Virus record (IMG/VR): IMGVR_UViG_3300031519_000095
Location: 1-35,215 of that record
Reading direction: 5' to 3' (one strand)
DNA from: a virus
Taxonomy: Duplodnaviria > Caudoviricetes
DNA: 35,215 nucleotides
Positions within the stretch are counted from its first letter, which is position 1, and each line of letters starts with the position of its first letter. Under the pieces are notes generated by a model. It was not told where the DNA came from. It made no database searches and saw nothing but the letters and a program-made list of their open reading frames with translations. The translations under genes and the position numbers were made by a program. Positions 10,679 to 22,052 of this stretch are shown piece by piece.

Positions 10679-13600
10679 ATGGCTAAAAATAATTCAATAT
10701 CAACACTTTTACCTGAACTTCTTAGACTTTTTAATAATTCTTTAGAAAGTTTTGAAAAGGTTAATCAGGCCATAACTTCTAGTAATGAGTCGGTTACAAT
10801 AAATATTCAAAATGATAACGGAACAAATTCTAGAGTTACTATTCCTAGTTTTGGCTTTCTTAAAAACTCTGTTGATAGACTACAAACTAATATTGATACT
10901 ATTACAAACTTAAATGGTAGTAATAGCTCTATTAGGCTAGCCGATGGTACATTTAGAAAATTAGTATTAGCAAAACTTCCTACAGAAGCACAGGATTTAA
11001 ATTCTATAAATTCTGTTGAAAACTTTAACATTAAACCTAATTGGTTTTTTGAGGAATTAATTAATCCACTTCTTTATGTATCTTTTGATTTAACAGGCCA
11101 AGTGCCTATTGATACTGAAAGAGCTATAATCCAAAGGTATATTTTAAATACTAATACTCAAACTAAAGTTAATTACTTCGTAGATAATTTTGAAGGTAGA
11201 GCTGATATAAGTTATAATGATTTCTTACAGCAAATAGTTGAAAGAAATATTTCATATGTATTAGATGAAGCAGTAGTAGACCTACCGCCTAGAATAAAAA
11301 GATATACTGGAAACTTTAGTGTACTGAGAATATCAGATGCTACTGTTACAGAGGAAATAAACGGTGTTAGCGTCACATCTCAAAGAAAACAATATAAACT
11401 AAATAAGATATTTTATACTGACTCAGAGGCTGATTTTGATGATACTATTCAGCTATCTGTTGGTGATAGTTTAGAGGTTATAAGTAATCCTATTAATACA
11501 AGATATAGAATAATAAAATTAGATTCTAGTACTAACACGGTTATTTTAGAATTAGTTGAAGGATCAGATCCTATAAGAATCGGTTCTGATATTTTAAAAA
11601 TATCATCGTCATTAGAAGATAATATACAAGTTGATGTTACTGTTGGGTTTAATGAAAGATGCGTAACATTTGTTAAGCCTATAGATCCTGATTCAAAAAT
11701 ACCTTCAGTGAATTGGTCTCCAGGTAGTGCATTTTATACAAATACATTGACTACTGTAAACTCTAACGGTGCTGAGCAAACTTTATCTGAATATTATCAA
11801 CAAAGTGCAATTGACTTTGGTTCAATGTTACTTTCGTTTGCAGATGATAAAATACCGACAACAAGAGATGGCCTTACACCTAATTCCCCAACAGTAAATG
11901 TAGAAGATTTCAAAGTTAAAATAATTAATCAGCAGGTTAGTGAATCCCCAGCGATTATACAATTAACTGATTTAAGTAGCCAAAAAAATACTATTGAATC
12001 AACGCTGAAAGAATTAGATGGATCTATTAGACAAAACAGAACTAAAATACAAACTACTAATTACTCTACTGAAGTTGAACGTGATGCTGATATAAATGCT
12101 CTACAAGGGACAATAACAGAGAGATCTTCACAAGCTGAATTATATTCATCAGTAGTAAAAGAAATTGATGCTAATGCTAAAGACAATTCAGTTTCAAGTA
12201 TTTCTCCTAAATATAGAGCAAGAGGGTTTTGGGCAATGCCAGAAGAAAAGTCAACGCCTGCAACCGGATCACAGGCTATAATTAAATTTAAAATAAGATA
12301 CCGTTATCTTTCAGATGATGGTGCTGCAAATCCAGTCGATCAGTTTAGCTTTAATGATGGTAGTGGAAAAAGCGAAGGCGCATTTTCAAATTATATTATT
12401 ATTGAAAGTACGCTAAGGCCGAGAGTAAAAAACCCTGTGACTGAGGTTTATGAATGGGTAGAGATAGATGCTAACAATGCAGAGTCGGTCAATATTAATC
12501 AATTAGACATACCGATAAGAAAGGGTGAAAAGGTAGAGGTGCAAGTAAAATCAATTAGTGAAGCAGGCTGGCCATCTAATCCATTGGAAGGTCCATGGTC
12601 TGATCCTGTAATAATTTCATTCCCTGCCGATCTTAGTTCTGATAATGCAGTAGAAGCTATTATCAATCAGAATCAACAAGACTTAGCCAAAGTTTCATTA
12701 GAACAAGATTTAAATGCAAAAGGTATAGATGAACATTTAAGTAGTTCATTTGTTGCAAACGAAACTTATTTTGCGCACTCTGCTCCAGTTATTGCATCAG
12801 GATTTTTATCAGAAAACCAAACTCCTATTGATTTATTTAGTAAACTAAATGAGATGCAAGCTAGGTTAGATGAATTTTCTGAAATACTAAGAAATGCACA
12901 AGGGGAATTAGTAGTAACTTTAATTGATGATCAAGGTAATGTTACAAATCTTAATAGAAATGCAGTAACTAAAGTTTTTGCAGGTTTCTATTCACAGGAG
13001 GTATCCAACCTAGACGATCCTCGTGGAGCTGTTATATCCAAAACATTTTTTATTAATTTAGCAAACCGAGAACAAACTGGTTTAAGATTAGTTTCAAGAA
13101 TAGCTGGTAACCGACAGAGGATGGTTAAACAATCTGAAAACCCTGGATATTTAATAGGCGATGTTACTTCAGGCTCTACAATATTACCTGCTACTTATTC
13201 ATGGTTAGATAATAGCTCAAATAATCAAAGTAATGGTAGAGCAACATATACTGCAGACGATTCTGATTATAACACCGTTAGAAAATATGATTTGGCACCA
13301 ATCCTTTTAACAAACCCGACAGTTGATTCTACATGGAGCTATGGGCAAACAACTTCAATTGCACCATATCAATCTACACAAAACAAAAATCAATTTATAA
13401 GTAGCAGATACAGCGATGTTTCATCTGAAGAGAATTTTTATAGTTATGTAAATCCAGATAATGATTATACTTTTAATTTAGATACTGTGGAGAATTTTTA
13501 TGGTAGAACCGGGTTTATAAGTACTTCAACTGCTGGTGAATTTATATGGGGCGGTGGTTTTGATGCAGGTGGGAAACCTACCACTGCACTTACATACGAT

Positions 13601-14566
13601 AACCTAGGAATTGATGATACTATAGAGATACAGATTACACACCCATATATACAAAACTTTGAAACTTATAGACAAGCATACATCCAAGCAACAGGAGATA
13701 CTGTTACATTAGGTACCCTTACAGATGGACCATTGCCGATTGATCCCCCACTACCTGGAATTCCTCAATCAAATTGTACATCAAGTGGAAATGGTACTGC
13801 TAATATTTTATTTAGACATTCAAAGTTTATACCTCTGCAGTCTGATCAAAAATATGGCAAACAGCAGGCGATATATTTAAATGAAAATACAGTAAGTCTT
13901 AATGCTCTTGCTACAGCATCGCCATTTTTATCAGTACAATGGGATAGCGGGCAGACTTTACAGGCTAGCCCTAGTATTATTTATATACCTACTCTATCTA
14001 CAGCAGGCTCAGTAGTCAATAGTGGAAAAGGGTATGAGAGAAATGCAAAAACTTCATTTGATACATTTGATCAGTACACACTAGGTAAAAAATCGTGTGG
14101 TTCTTATTTATTTATGTCTGCTGATGATCATCAAGGCTTACAAGTAGAGGGTGATTCTATTCAATCTTCTATAGTAATACAATTTGGCCAGCAGAATTCA
14201 GTAAATATACCGATAGTGTTTCAATATAGAATGACTGATTACTTTGGGACTGGCTCGGGGTCTAATGGTGGAATAGGAAATATTGCAGGGGATTCAACTG
14301 GTTCTACTGTTAATGTTACTTATTCTAAGAAAATTGGATTTGATGTATATCCTAATAACCAAGATGTTTATCAATATGATATTGAAGTATTTTCTAAATA
14401 TAGGTCTGATAATCTTAACATAGATGTATTCCCATCAAAAACTGTAACTAAAGGTTTAAATGATTTAGAAAAAGTATTAGCTAAGCTTAGCCCAAGTGTA
14501 ACTGCAACTAGAGTAAATCAGATTGTTAGAGGCAATGCTAGTGACGGTGGGGTTAATAAAGGATAA
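10679..14566 (+). CDS. Large virion structural protein (coiled coils plus an FN3-like domain)
   Basis: 1295 aa. FN3-like KIRYRY...VEVQVKSISEAGW...GPWSDPV, with coiled-coil stretches on either side. Confidence 0.55.
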   Translation: MAKNNSISTLLPELLRLFNNSLESFEKVNQAITSSNESVTINIQNDNGTNSRVTIPSFGFLKNSVDRLQTNIDTITNLNGSNSSIRLADGTFRKLVLAKLPTEAQDLNSINSVENFNIKPNWFFEELINPLLYVSFDLTGQVPIDTERAIIQRYILNTNTQTKVNYFVDNFEGRADISYNDFLQQIVERNISYVLDEAVVDLPPRIKRYTGNFSVLRISDATVTEEINGVSVTSQRKQYKLNKIFYTDSEADFDDTIQLSVGDSLEVISNPINTRYRIIKLDSSTNTVILELVEGSDPIRIGSDILKISSSLEDNIQVDVTVGFNERCVTFVKPIDPDSKIPSVNWSPGSAFYTNTLTTVNSNGAEQTLSEYYQQSAIDFGSMLLSFADDKIPTTRDGLTPNSPTVNVEDFKVKIINQQVSESPAIIQLTDLSSQKNTIESTLKELDGSIRQNRTKIQTTNYSTEVERDADINALQGTITERSSQAELYSSVVKEIDANAKDNSVSSISPKYRARGFWAMPEEKSTPATGSQAIIKFKIRYRYLSDDGAANPVDQFSFNDGSGKSEGAFSNYIIIESTLRPRVKNPVTEVYEWVEIDANNAESVNINQLDIPIRKGEKVEVQVKSISEAGWPSNPLEGPWSDPVIISFPADLSSDNAVEAIINQNQQDLAKVSLEQDLNAKGIDEHLSSSFVANETYFAHSAPVIASGFLSENQTPIDLFSKLNEMQARLDEFSEILRNAQGELVVTLIDDQGNVTNLNRNAVTKVFAGFYSQEVSNLDDPRGAVISKTFFINLANREQTGLRLVSRIAGNRQRMVKQSENPGYLIGDVTSGSTILPATYSWLDNSSNNQSNGRATYTADDSDYNTVRKYDLAPILLTNPTVDSTWSYGQTTSIAPYQSTQNKNQFISSRYSDVSSEENFYSYVNPDNDYTFNLDTVENFYGRTGFISTSTAGEFIWGGGFDAGGKPTTALTYDNLGIDDTIEIQITHPYIQNFETYRQAYIQATGDTVTLGTLTDGPLPIDPPLPGIPQSNCTSSGNGTANILFRHSKFIPLQSDQKYGKQQAIYLNENTVSLNALATASPFLSVQWDSGQTLQASPSIIYIPTLSTAGSVVNSGKGYERNAKTSFDTFDQYTLGKKSCGSYLFMSADDHQGLQVEGDSIQSSIVIQFGQQNSVNIPIVFQYRMTDYFGTGSGSNGGIGNIAGDSTGSTVNVTYSKKIGFDVYPNNQDVYQYDIEVFSKYRSDNLNIDVFPSKTVTKGLNDLEKVLAKLSPSVTATRVNQIVRGNASDGGVNKG

Positions 14567-14624
14567 TCATAATAAGGTTCTGTTGATGCTACTAAATAAG
14601 TACTCAATTTTCACTACCTATGGT

Positions 14625-14634
14625 GAATAAATAA
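14625..14634 (+). promoter_or_regulatory. Putative late promoter box, overlapped by a small hairpin (14610-14627)
   Basis: GAATAAATAA ends 20 nt before the ATG at 14655. The hairpin is TTCACTA-CCTA-TGGTGAA. Confidence 0.45.
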
Positions 14635-14654
14635 AAAAAGTGAAAATTGAATTA

Positions 14655-17600
14655 ATGGAAAACCTTTTTGACAAAGCATCGTATAGTATAATTAGAACTA
14701 ACCCTAAGTTAACAGGTAATGTTAAGCTTGTTAGTAATGGGAATGATTTATATCTAGAGTCTTTTAGTGCAAATACTGAATTGGCTTCTTCTACATTTAA
14801 AGCATTCAAAGTAAGTGGAGATGATACTTATGATAGGGATGTTTGGCGATTTTTCCAAGGTGGAAAATTTCCTGCTAATTTAGCGTATGAAGTATTTCAA
14901 GAATATCGCGATATATCAGTATTATCACAGTACCAAAACCAGTTTGAAATGTTTTATTCTGCAGGTACTAGATCAGTTTCGTCTAATGCATATTCTGAGG
15001 ATCTAGGTATACTTTCGCCGATTTGGTTAAATGAGCAAATCCCTAATAATTTTGTAATTTTTAGAATTGACAATCCGGCTGCAGTAAATAATATAAATGA
15101 ATCTTTACAAAATAATAATTATTTAGATGCCCAAACATCTGGAGAATTTACAAAAAATGTTTTAGAAAATTGTACTGCAATAAAAACTTTTGATTTATCA
15201 AGTAATAGTTTATTAGGATCTTACTTAAGAAATTATAGAAACCAAGAAAATTTTCCAAAATCACCATTAAACATTTCATGGAGAAAGGATGAACCTATTC
15301 AATGGTCAGGTATTAATTATACACAAGGTGGGTTTACTCAGTCTGGGAGTTTTTCGTATGATGGTTTAGTTACACAAGATACTACAATTATAAATAATGA
15401 ATATTTTTTTACCGAAGGGTTTGAAAGAAATAACATTCTATTAGCTAATTTAATTAACATGGAGTTTTTATTCTCTGATGTTAATGCTGCTGATTATTCT
15501 ATAAACAGATATTTCGGTTTATATGTTAACGAAGTAGAGGAAGGTTTGTTTGATATATCTGGTGAAGGGTTTTACAAAAACACAGAGAAAACTCAATTAC
15601 CTAAAATTAATACTATAACTGAAGTATCAGAACAGCTTAATACACCATTTGAAATGACTAATGAAAATGGTATGTTAATATATTTAGACCCTGCCAAAAC
15701 AACAACAATTACTGGTTTACCTACGCCAAGTAGAGTAAACGAAGTAGAGTCTATTTTTTATGTAAAAGACAAGAATAGCAATTTTCACACTATTAAGAAA
15801 GGATCACAATGGGGAGAAAATCAAATAAGGTTATTTGATACTAAAATTGATATATCAAAACTCGCAGGGTTTAAACAACCCGATACATATGCAAATGCAG
15901 AAATAATAAATAAAAGAGGTAAAGCTACTTGCTATTTTAAAATTAAAGATGAAATTGTAGATGGTTTTACAATTACTTTATATGATGGTCTAAATATAAC
16001 AGGGCAAATTGCAGCAAGTTCAATCGCTTCGCCAATACCTGGTAAAAACAATGGACAATTCTTTAACCCAACAGGGACGCTTAATGAAATCGCAATAGCA
16101 ATCACATCGGCAATAAACGATGGAATATCTGAAGAAAAAAGATTTTTTAAAGCAACTTACAATAATGATATAGTCTATTTGGAATCTAGATTTAGCGGTG
16201 ATAGGTTTAATAGGCTTAATTTTGAACTAGGATATTCAGAGTACCCTTTAATGGTAAATAGTATTAATACATATCCTACAACATCTTTAATAAAAACCAA
16301 GAATAATTTTACTGGTGGCAATGACTTCACTGGTGCTTTGCTTAAAGTTGCTAATGGTGACCAAGAAAGATTTAGTATAGGTAATTACATTCAGTCTAAA
16401 GATGGGTTTGCTGAAATTAAAGGTTGGGTTCCATATTTAGAAGAGCCTATAAAAAATGATAGTGGTAATGTTATAGGATATAATGATATTGACAATTTTG
16501 TTATAATAACATTAAATGATGATCAGATAGAAATTACTAGGAGTGGCCAAGTTGCTTTATATTCTGATTATAGGCCATCATTTGGTAGATTTTCAATATT
16601 CCCGATAAGAGATTTTGATTTTGATTTCTATAGTGATATGTATAGTCAGTTAGGCGAATTGAATTATGAATATGCGCAATATAATAAAAAAGGAGTAAAG
16701 GGTGTATACTATATAAATGTTAGTACCAACCCAGATATTAGAAACTTTTATGATGATGGCGGTTTTGCTAATTTAATAGGGTTGTTAAAGAACTCTGATC
16801 CTGATAGTACATTTGATAATGTTATCTCTTCAGAATATGAAAGACTTGAGGAAAACTTTTTAAAACAGCAGGCAGTAGCGTCAAGAGTGATTCCTTATAT
16901 TAATAAATGGTCATGGATAAATGATGGTAAAAATGTTAGAAATTTACCATATAGCTTAAATCTTAGTGAAGCATTTGGCCAAAATAATTTTGCACCATCA
17001 AAATATGCAATTGGCCAAGATTCACAAGGATTCACACACGAATGGTATTACTTATGCGAATTTCCATATTACTTTGATAATAATGCCATAAAGAGTTCTT
17101 GGAGTTATATTGATACCGCACCTAGCGATACTATAGAAAACAATCCAGCTACTGGTAGTGTATATACGCCTGGTACATTTCAAAAAATAGATAAAGATTA
17201 TTTTAATGATTATTTTATTATTGATAAGTTTACAACAGGAGGTACTATTAATTTAATTGATAGACAATTAAGATATGGTAGATTTAGTGGAGGTGACGAA
17301 AAGAATTTCTCCGAAACATTTTTAAGAGGTGTTAGAATAATTGCAAAAACTAAAGCAAACCCTGAGGTTAGACCTAATTTTAACGCCAGGTCATTAAAAT
17401 ATGTTAATGATGGTTTATTTAATGAATATCGTTTTTCTGTAATGCTAATCCCTAATGCTCCTAGTAAAGCTGAAACAGAAATTAAGTTTATTAAAAATGA
17501 TAAATGGAAAACTGTTGTTATGCTTGTCTTTTTAGCTTTAGATAATCCGTGTATTAATGATGGTGATCAAAGTATAGATAGAACTACATTATATTCATAT

Positions 17601-19274
17601 GAAAGCGATTATAAAACAGTTTCATGTGAGCCTGTGAAAAATAATAATGAATATGAATATGAAGATGGTCCTTTGCAAGGTGCAATAAGTCTAGGTTCTA
17701 CTGAACTAAATCCAAACATAGGAGCCTATATTGTACAAGGCATACCCGACGAAAACGGTAACCCTCCAAGATTTTTAAGAGATATTACAGTAGGCGCGGA
17801 TGGTCAATTTAATAATGTTAGCTTTGATATTAATGGTGATACATATGTAATTAGCGGGGTAGTTAGAGTTATATCGGATTCTCAATTTATTGCAACTGCA
17901 ATAACAAAAAACGGTGACACTTTTACGCCAGGTGGTCCAAACCCATCAAATTTAAATGCAGCCTCCGGTGTATATAAAACTATTGCTGGTGGCTTTAATA
18001 CTTATATGGCTAGATTGACTGATGCCGGGTTTGCTACAATATTTAGAAACGTGAATGAAGGAGCCCCTAGTATTGTATATGAAACTATAGATGAAGCTGG
18101 AAATAGGATTTTAGATAAGAGTGGAAATATGGCCCAAACATTTAGCATTGAGCTTAGGGCGCAGGCTGATATTTTAAAATCTATTTATGTAGGAGTTTTA
18201 CCTGATCCAGCTAAACCTACAATCTTTAACTTAACTGATATAATTGGGTATGATCTTTCACTACAGAAAAAACCTAGAATTACACCAATAGGTAGACATG
18301 CTGGTTATTATCAACCTACTGCATTACCTATAGTAAGCTTTAGGGACCCTTACTTAAATACTGATTTTAATGATAGTACTGCTAGCACTGGGACCGGTGT
18401 AACTGGTGGCAATATACCTGACGAGCTATATAAATTTAAAGTAATGGAGTTATGCAGATATTTAAACACCCAATTTAACAGCAGCGATGTTGAAAATTTT
18501 GGCCAAATTAAAAATTTATTTTACCATAAAGTAAATGAAGAAGATCCTTCTACTGTTTTAGAGCTTTCTATTAATAGCGCATATTTAAGTCTTTACCCTT
18601 TAATTAATGAAGTTGGTATTGCAAAAAGAGATTTTTATTTATGGTCATCTAATTGGGAGCCTGCGTATTTTAGAAAAAGCATAGATAAGACTCAGATTGA
18701 ATCTATAATTGGAACTAAAGCAATGACAGAGAAGAAGTCGTTCTTTGGATCTAAGTACTTAAAGGTGCCTCAGCAAATAGAATTAGAAACCTTTGTACAT
18801 TCACCATTTGTACGAGATGCAATAAAACAACCAAGTTTAATAAATGGTACATTCATAACACAGGAAAATGACACGTCAGTTATATTTTACACGTTTATAC
18901 AAAAAAGACTTATTGAATATTTGTTTGAGCCTATCAAAGAACAGTTCAAAAAATATATAAAGGACGAGTTTAGCTTCGGATATACTGATACGCTAGATGA
19001 TGATGTAGAAAGATACATAAGACAAAATATTTTGCAATTATATAAAATATCAAATGTTGATTTTTATGTAAAGAGTACTAGAGAAAATCTACCTCTTAAT
19101 TTTAATACAGCAGAATTAACTAATTCAGAAAAAATAGTAAATGGCTTAAAGATTAATACTTCAATTGGGAGCCAATTACTTAATACTAATCCATTTGATC
19201 TTAGCTTAATATATAACAAAAGGAATGGTTTTACTGAGTCGTTTGGTTTTAGTATTACTATAATTAAAAAATAA
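14655..19274 (+). CDS. Very large virion structural protein (baseplate/tail)
   Basis: About 1540 aa, N/F/Y-rich, in the tail module. The ATG at 14655 (MENLFDK) is preferred over the GTG at 14640, which lies too close to the promoter box. Confidence 0.55.
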   Translation: MENLFDKASYSIIRTNPKLTGNVKLVSNGNDLYLESFSANTELASSTFKAFKVSGDDTYDRDVWRFFQGGKFPANLAYEVFQEYRDISVLSQYQNQFEMFYSAGTRSVSSNAYSEDLGILSPIWLNEQIPNNFVIFRIDNPAAVNNINESLQNNNYLDAQTSGEFTKNVLENCTAIKTFDLSSNSLLGSYLRNYRNQENFPKSPLNISWRKDEPIQWSGINYTQGGFTQSGSFSYDGLVTQDTTIINNEYFFTEGFERNNILLANLINMEFLFSDVNAADYSINRYFGLYVNEVEEGLFDISGEGFYKNTEKTQLPKINTITEVSEQLNTPFEMTNENGMLIYLDPAKTTTITGLPTPSRVNEVESIFYVKDKNSNFHTIKKGSQWGENQIRLFDTKIDISKLAGFKQPDTYANAEIINKRGKATCYFKIKDEIVDGFTITLYDGLNITGQIAASSIASPIPGKNNGQFFNPTGTLNEIAIAITSAINDGISEEKRFFKATYNNDIVYLESRFSGDRFNRLNFELGYSEYPLMVNSINTYPTTSLIKTKNNFTGGNDFTGALLKVANGDQERFSIGNYIQSKDGFAEIKGWVPYLEEPIKNDSGNVIGYNDIDNFVIITLNDDQIEITRSGQVALYSDYRPSFGRFSIFPIRDFDFDFYSDMYSQLGELNYEYAQYNKKGVKGVYYINVSTNPDIRNFYDDGGFANLIGLLKNSDPDSTFDNVISSEYERLEENFLKQQAVASRVIPYINKWSWINDGKNVRNLPYSLNLSEAFGQNNFAPSKYAIGQDSQGFTHEWYYLCEFPYYFDNNAIKSSWSYIDTAPSDTIENNPATGSVYTPGTFQKIDKDYFNDYFIIDKFTTGGTINLIDRQLRYGRFSGGDEKNFSETFLRGVRIIAKTKANPEVRPNFNARSLKYVNDGLFNEYRFSVMLIPNAPSKAETEIKFIKNDKWKTVVMLVFLALDNPCINDGDQSIDRTTLYSYESDYKTVSCEPVKNNNEYEYEDGPLQGAISLGSTELNPNIGAYIVQGIPDENGNPPRFLRDITVGADGQFNNVSFDINGDTYVISGVVRVISDSQFIATAITKNGDTFTPGGPNPSNLNAASGVYKTIAGGFNTYMARLTDAGFATIFRNVNEGAPSIVYETIDEAGNRILDKSGNMAQTFSIELRAQADILKSIYVGVLPDPAKPTIFNLTDIIGYDLSLQKKPRITPIGRHAGYYQPTALPIVSFRDPYLNTDFNDSTASTGTGVTGGNIPDELYKFKVMELCRYLNTQFNSSDVENFGQIKNLFYHKVNEEDPSTVLELSINSAYLSLYPLINEVGIAKRDFYLWSSNWEPAYFRKSIDKTQIESIIGTKAMTEKKSFFGSKYLKVPQQIELETFVHSPFVRDAIKQPSLINGTFITQENDTSVIFYTFIQKRLIEYLFEPIKEQFKKYIKDEFSFGYTDTLDDDVERYIRQNILQLYKISNVDFYVKSTRENLPLNFNTAELTNSEKIVNGLKINTSIGSQLLNTNPFDLSLIYNKRNGFTESFGFSITIIKK

Positions 19275-19284
19275 AGAATTAAAG

Positions 19285-22041
19285 ATGGCGATTACCATAC
19301 AAGATCTACTTGCATCTGATACTATTTCACAAGCAGTTGATAAAATTAATTTTAACTTTGATCAATTACTGTTAAATGGTGGTGGGCCAGTAGGACCACC
19401 TGGTCCAGTAGGACCGTCCGGGCCAATAGGCGGCAGAGGAGAAAGGGGGACTGAATGGTATGAAGGTGTAGATAGCCCAAATGTGACACCTCCAACAATA
19501 ACACCTTTAATTGCTGATTATTATCTACAGAGTAATGGTGATGTATGGGAATACACTGGCTTAACATGGACAAATACAGGAATTAACTTAAAAGGACCAG
19601 CAGGCCCGGCCGGTGTTTCTGGTGGTTGGTCTGCGTTTGGTAATGGGCCTATTGATACGTACGTTGCGACTGCAAGTAATGTTGCTTACCCTTCATTAAT
19701 TGACATTAATGCTAGTGAATCTACAGCGACGTCGGAGAACCAAGGTGTAAAGGTTGCTGCGTTTGGTATAGCTGGACCTAATGATAGTAATGCATTTTTG
19801 GATAGTAAATTTCAGATAAGCGCTGATATGGCCGGTTCATTAGATGCATCGGTTCTTAGCATTTTAGCGCATCAAGGTAATTCTAATTCTAAAGGTATTG
19901 TCTTTATGGGAGGTGGTGCAATCCCTAGTGAAAATTATGAACAAGATAATTTTGTTAACTTATCTTACATTAACCTAGGTGCCGATGATACAATTAATAT
20001 TAATGTACCTAAACCAACAACTACTACCGTAGGCACTACAGCTACTGATTTAATAGGCTTTAATGTATTTACTGAATTAAGAGGCCAAAATTTTAGAGCC
20101 GGTAATAATTTCACAGTTGCAACCGGTACGAAATCCGATATCGATACAGCAAGTGATAATTCAAATATTGAATTTACAGTAAATAAGATTCCTAATAGTA
20201 GTACCGGCACACCATCATTTTCTGTAAATACTCTAAATGAACCTTCTGTTGCCGGTGGTGGGCAAACAAGTATGATACTAGGGCCTGGGTCTGCACCAAA
20301 CACAACAAACGCTAACTTTGACGGTGGAATTCAATTTAAATCTAAGGTTTTAAATATAGCAACAAATCTTACAACTGATATTCTTTCAGATGGTACTGCA
20401 AGTATAAGAGTACCTTCGTCAACCGGTGGATCTAATCAACTTTCTATTAATACTACTGGTATTAATATGACTGCAGCCAATAACCCTATAAACATTAGTT
20501 CAGGAATAGGAGCTATTTCAATATCTAATACTCTAGCCCCTATCAGTGTTGATAGTTATGAATCAATTAATTTAGTAGCAACTAATCTTATATCAACCTT
20601 TCCTACAGCTAGTGTTGAATTATCTCAATCCCTTCTTAGAATGGCTGGGTATGGCGAAGGGGATGGTATCACTAATGATTGGGAAAATAATAATGTTATA
20701 ATTTCATCTCAAACAGAAACTCACAATGTGATGATAGGAATTGGGCTAATACCGGCGGTGCAAGATAATACTACAGGTAAGATCATTCTTGGAAAAAAAC
20801 AAAACATTGCTAATAGAGCCTTTTATAGTAATATAAGATTGGATTATCAGACAAATGCAAGTGCTACTGGAATCATTCAATTATCTGGTAATTATCAATA
20901 CACCCCAGGTGGGGAGCCTACACCTTTATCAAGTCTAAAAGATGTTAGTACGAGTGCTGGTGAATATTATCAGAAAGCATTCCAAGCAACATCAACTGTA
21001 ATAAATCAACTAGGTATGAGTGCTGGTGATGTCATGTTTAGGAATGGTGTTTACTCAGATAATTCTAATGGTGCAATGCAACCTGGGATAGCGCAAGAAG
21101 GTTGGATGGATAGTTTTAACGGGGCTATTTGGATTGGGAAGACTCTTAATAAGACTACTACAGGTGGTGATAGTGCTAACATTGGACTATTTGTAAATAA
21201 AGCAGAAAATTCACCAGAATCTATCGGATATAAGGCTAGGACATATTGGCAAGGTGAAACTATAGATCCATCAGAATTTTACCCACCAACTGAAGTGTTT
21301 GGTGCTACTACACAAGGAATACATTTATCAACTAAAGTTTTATGGGGTGGTAATAATAACGCAGCCGGTGTGAAGTATATTAATATAGATATGTTTCAAA
21401 AATTAGCCGGCTATAGGGGACCAACACCCCCTGGTGGCTACACACTAGCAGGTAATCATAATTATTATAAAATTGTAGCAGGGCCTACTGGTTATGGACA
21501 ACCAATACAAGGTGGTAGTGGTATGAACTATAATAATCCTATTGCATCTGCTACTAATTTCTATGGTGCTTCTACAATACCTGGTGGTGATCCCCCAACA
21601 TGTAATATCACGCTAGCGAATCCTGGGGAAGGTGCAAAGGGGCAAATGGTTATAGTTGAAATAATATTAGCAAGTGGTTATTTAAAGACGGATAATGGTG
21701 GTACAATAACAGAATTTTTCTTACGACCAAATATTAACTTCACCTGGGAGGAAGCCAACTCATCAGGGACGACTCCAGTGCAAGATAAAGAAGGAAAAGC
21801 AATAGATGGGACTACAACTAACTTAACTGTGCAAAATATACCAGAGTTATCGAATGGATACAGGCCACAGTATATTAGATGGGTTGGGCAGTTTATATAT
21901 AACGGGGAGAGCTTACCATTTTTAGGTAGTGGCCTCGGATCTAATGCAGTAACAGATTTTAATGGTACACCAAGATGGACATTAATTGGCGCAACACAGA
22001 GTACTACTACAAACTTAACACAAGAAGGTTACGGGGCATAA
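19285..22041 (+). CDS. Tail fibre / receptor-binding protein with short collagen segments
   Basis: N-terminal DTISQAVDKINFNFDQL (gp10-like). Collagen GPVGPPGPVGPSGPIGGRGERG and GPAGPAG flank a W..G...P...DYYL...GDVW.Y...W module. Long S/T/N/G-rich shaft. Confidence 0.7.
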   Translation: MAITIQDLLASDTISQAVDKINFNFDQLLLNGGGPVGPPGPVGPSGPIGGRGERGTEWYEGVDSPNVTPPTITPLIADYYLQSNGDVWEYTGLTWTNTGINLKGPAGPAGVSGGWSAFGNGPIDTYVATASNVAYPSLIDINASESTATSENQGVKVAAFGIAGPNDSNAFLDSKFQISADMAGSLDASVLSILAHQGNSNSKGIVFMGGGAIPSENYEQDNFVNLSYINLGADDTININVPKPTTTTVGTTATDLIGFNVFTELRGQNFRAGNNFTVATGTKSDIDTASDNSNIEFTVNKIPNSSTGTPSFSVNTLNEPSVAGGGQTSMILGPGSAPNTTNANFDGGIQFKSKVLNIATNLTTDILSDGTASIRVPSSTGGSNQLSINTTGINMTAANNPINISSGIGAISISNTLAPISVDSYESINLVATNLISTFPTASVELSQSLLRMAGYGEGDGITNDWENNNVIISSQTETHNVMIGIGLIPAVQDNTTGKIILGKKQNIANRAFYSNIRLDYQTNASATGIIQLSGNYQYTPGGEPTPLSSLKDVSTSAGEYYQKAFQATSTVINQLGMSAGDVMFRNGVYSDNSNGAMQPGIAQEGWMDSFNGAIWIGKTLNKTTTGGDSANIGLFVNKAENSPESIGYKARTYWQGETIDPSEFYPPTEVFGATTQGIHLSTKVLWGGNNNAAGVKYINIDMFQKLAGYRGPTPPGGYTLAGNHNYYKIVAGPTGYGQPIQGGSGMNYNNPIASATNFYGASTIPGGDPPTCNITLANPGEGAKGQMVIVEIILASGYLKTDNGGTITEFFLRPNINFTWEEANSSGTTPVQDKEGKAIDGTTTNLTVQNIPELSNGYRPQYIRWVGQFIYNGESLPFLGSGLGSNAVTDFNGTPRWTLIGATQSTTTNLTQEGYGA

Positions 22042-22052
22042 AATATAATAAA

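Noticed and set aside
21975-22052. N-terminal extension of the 106-aa ORF
   Set aside because: It overlaps the fibre gene. The ATG at 22053 has a typical A-rich context.
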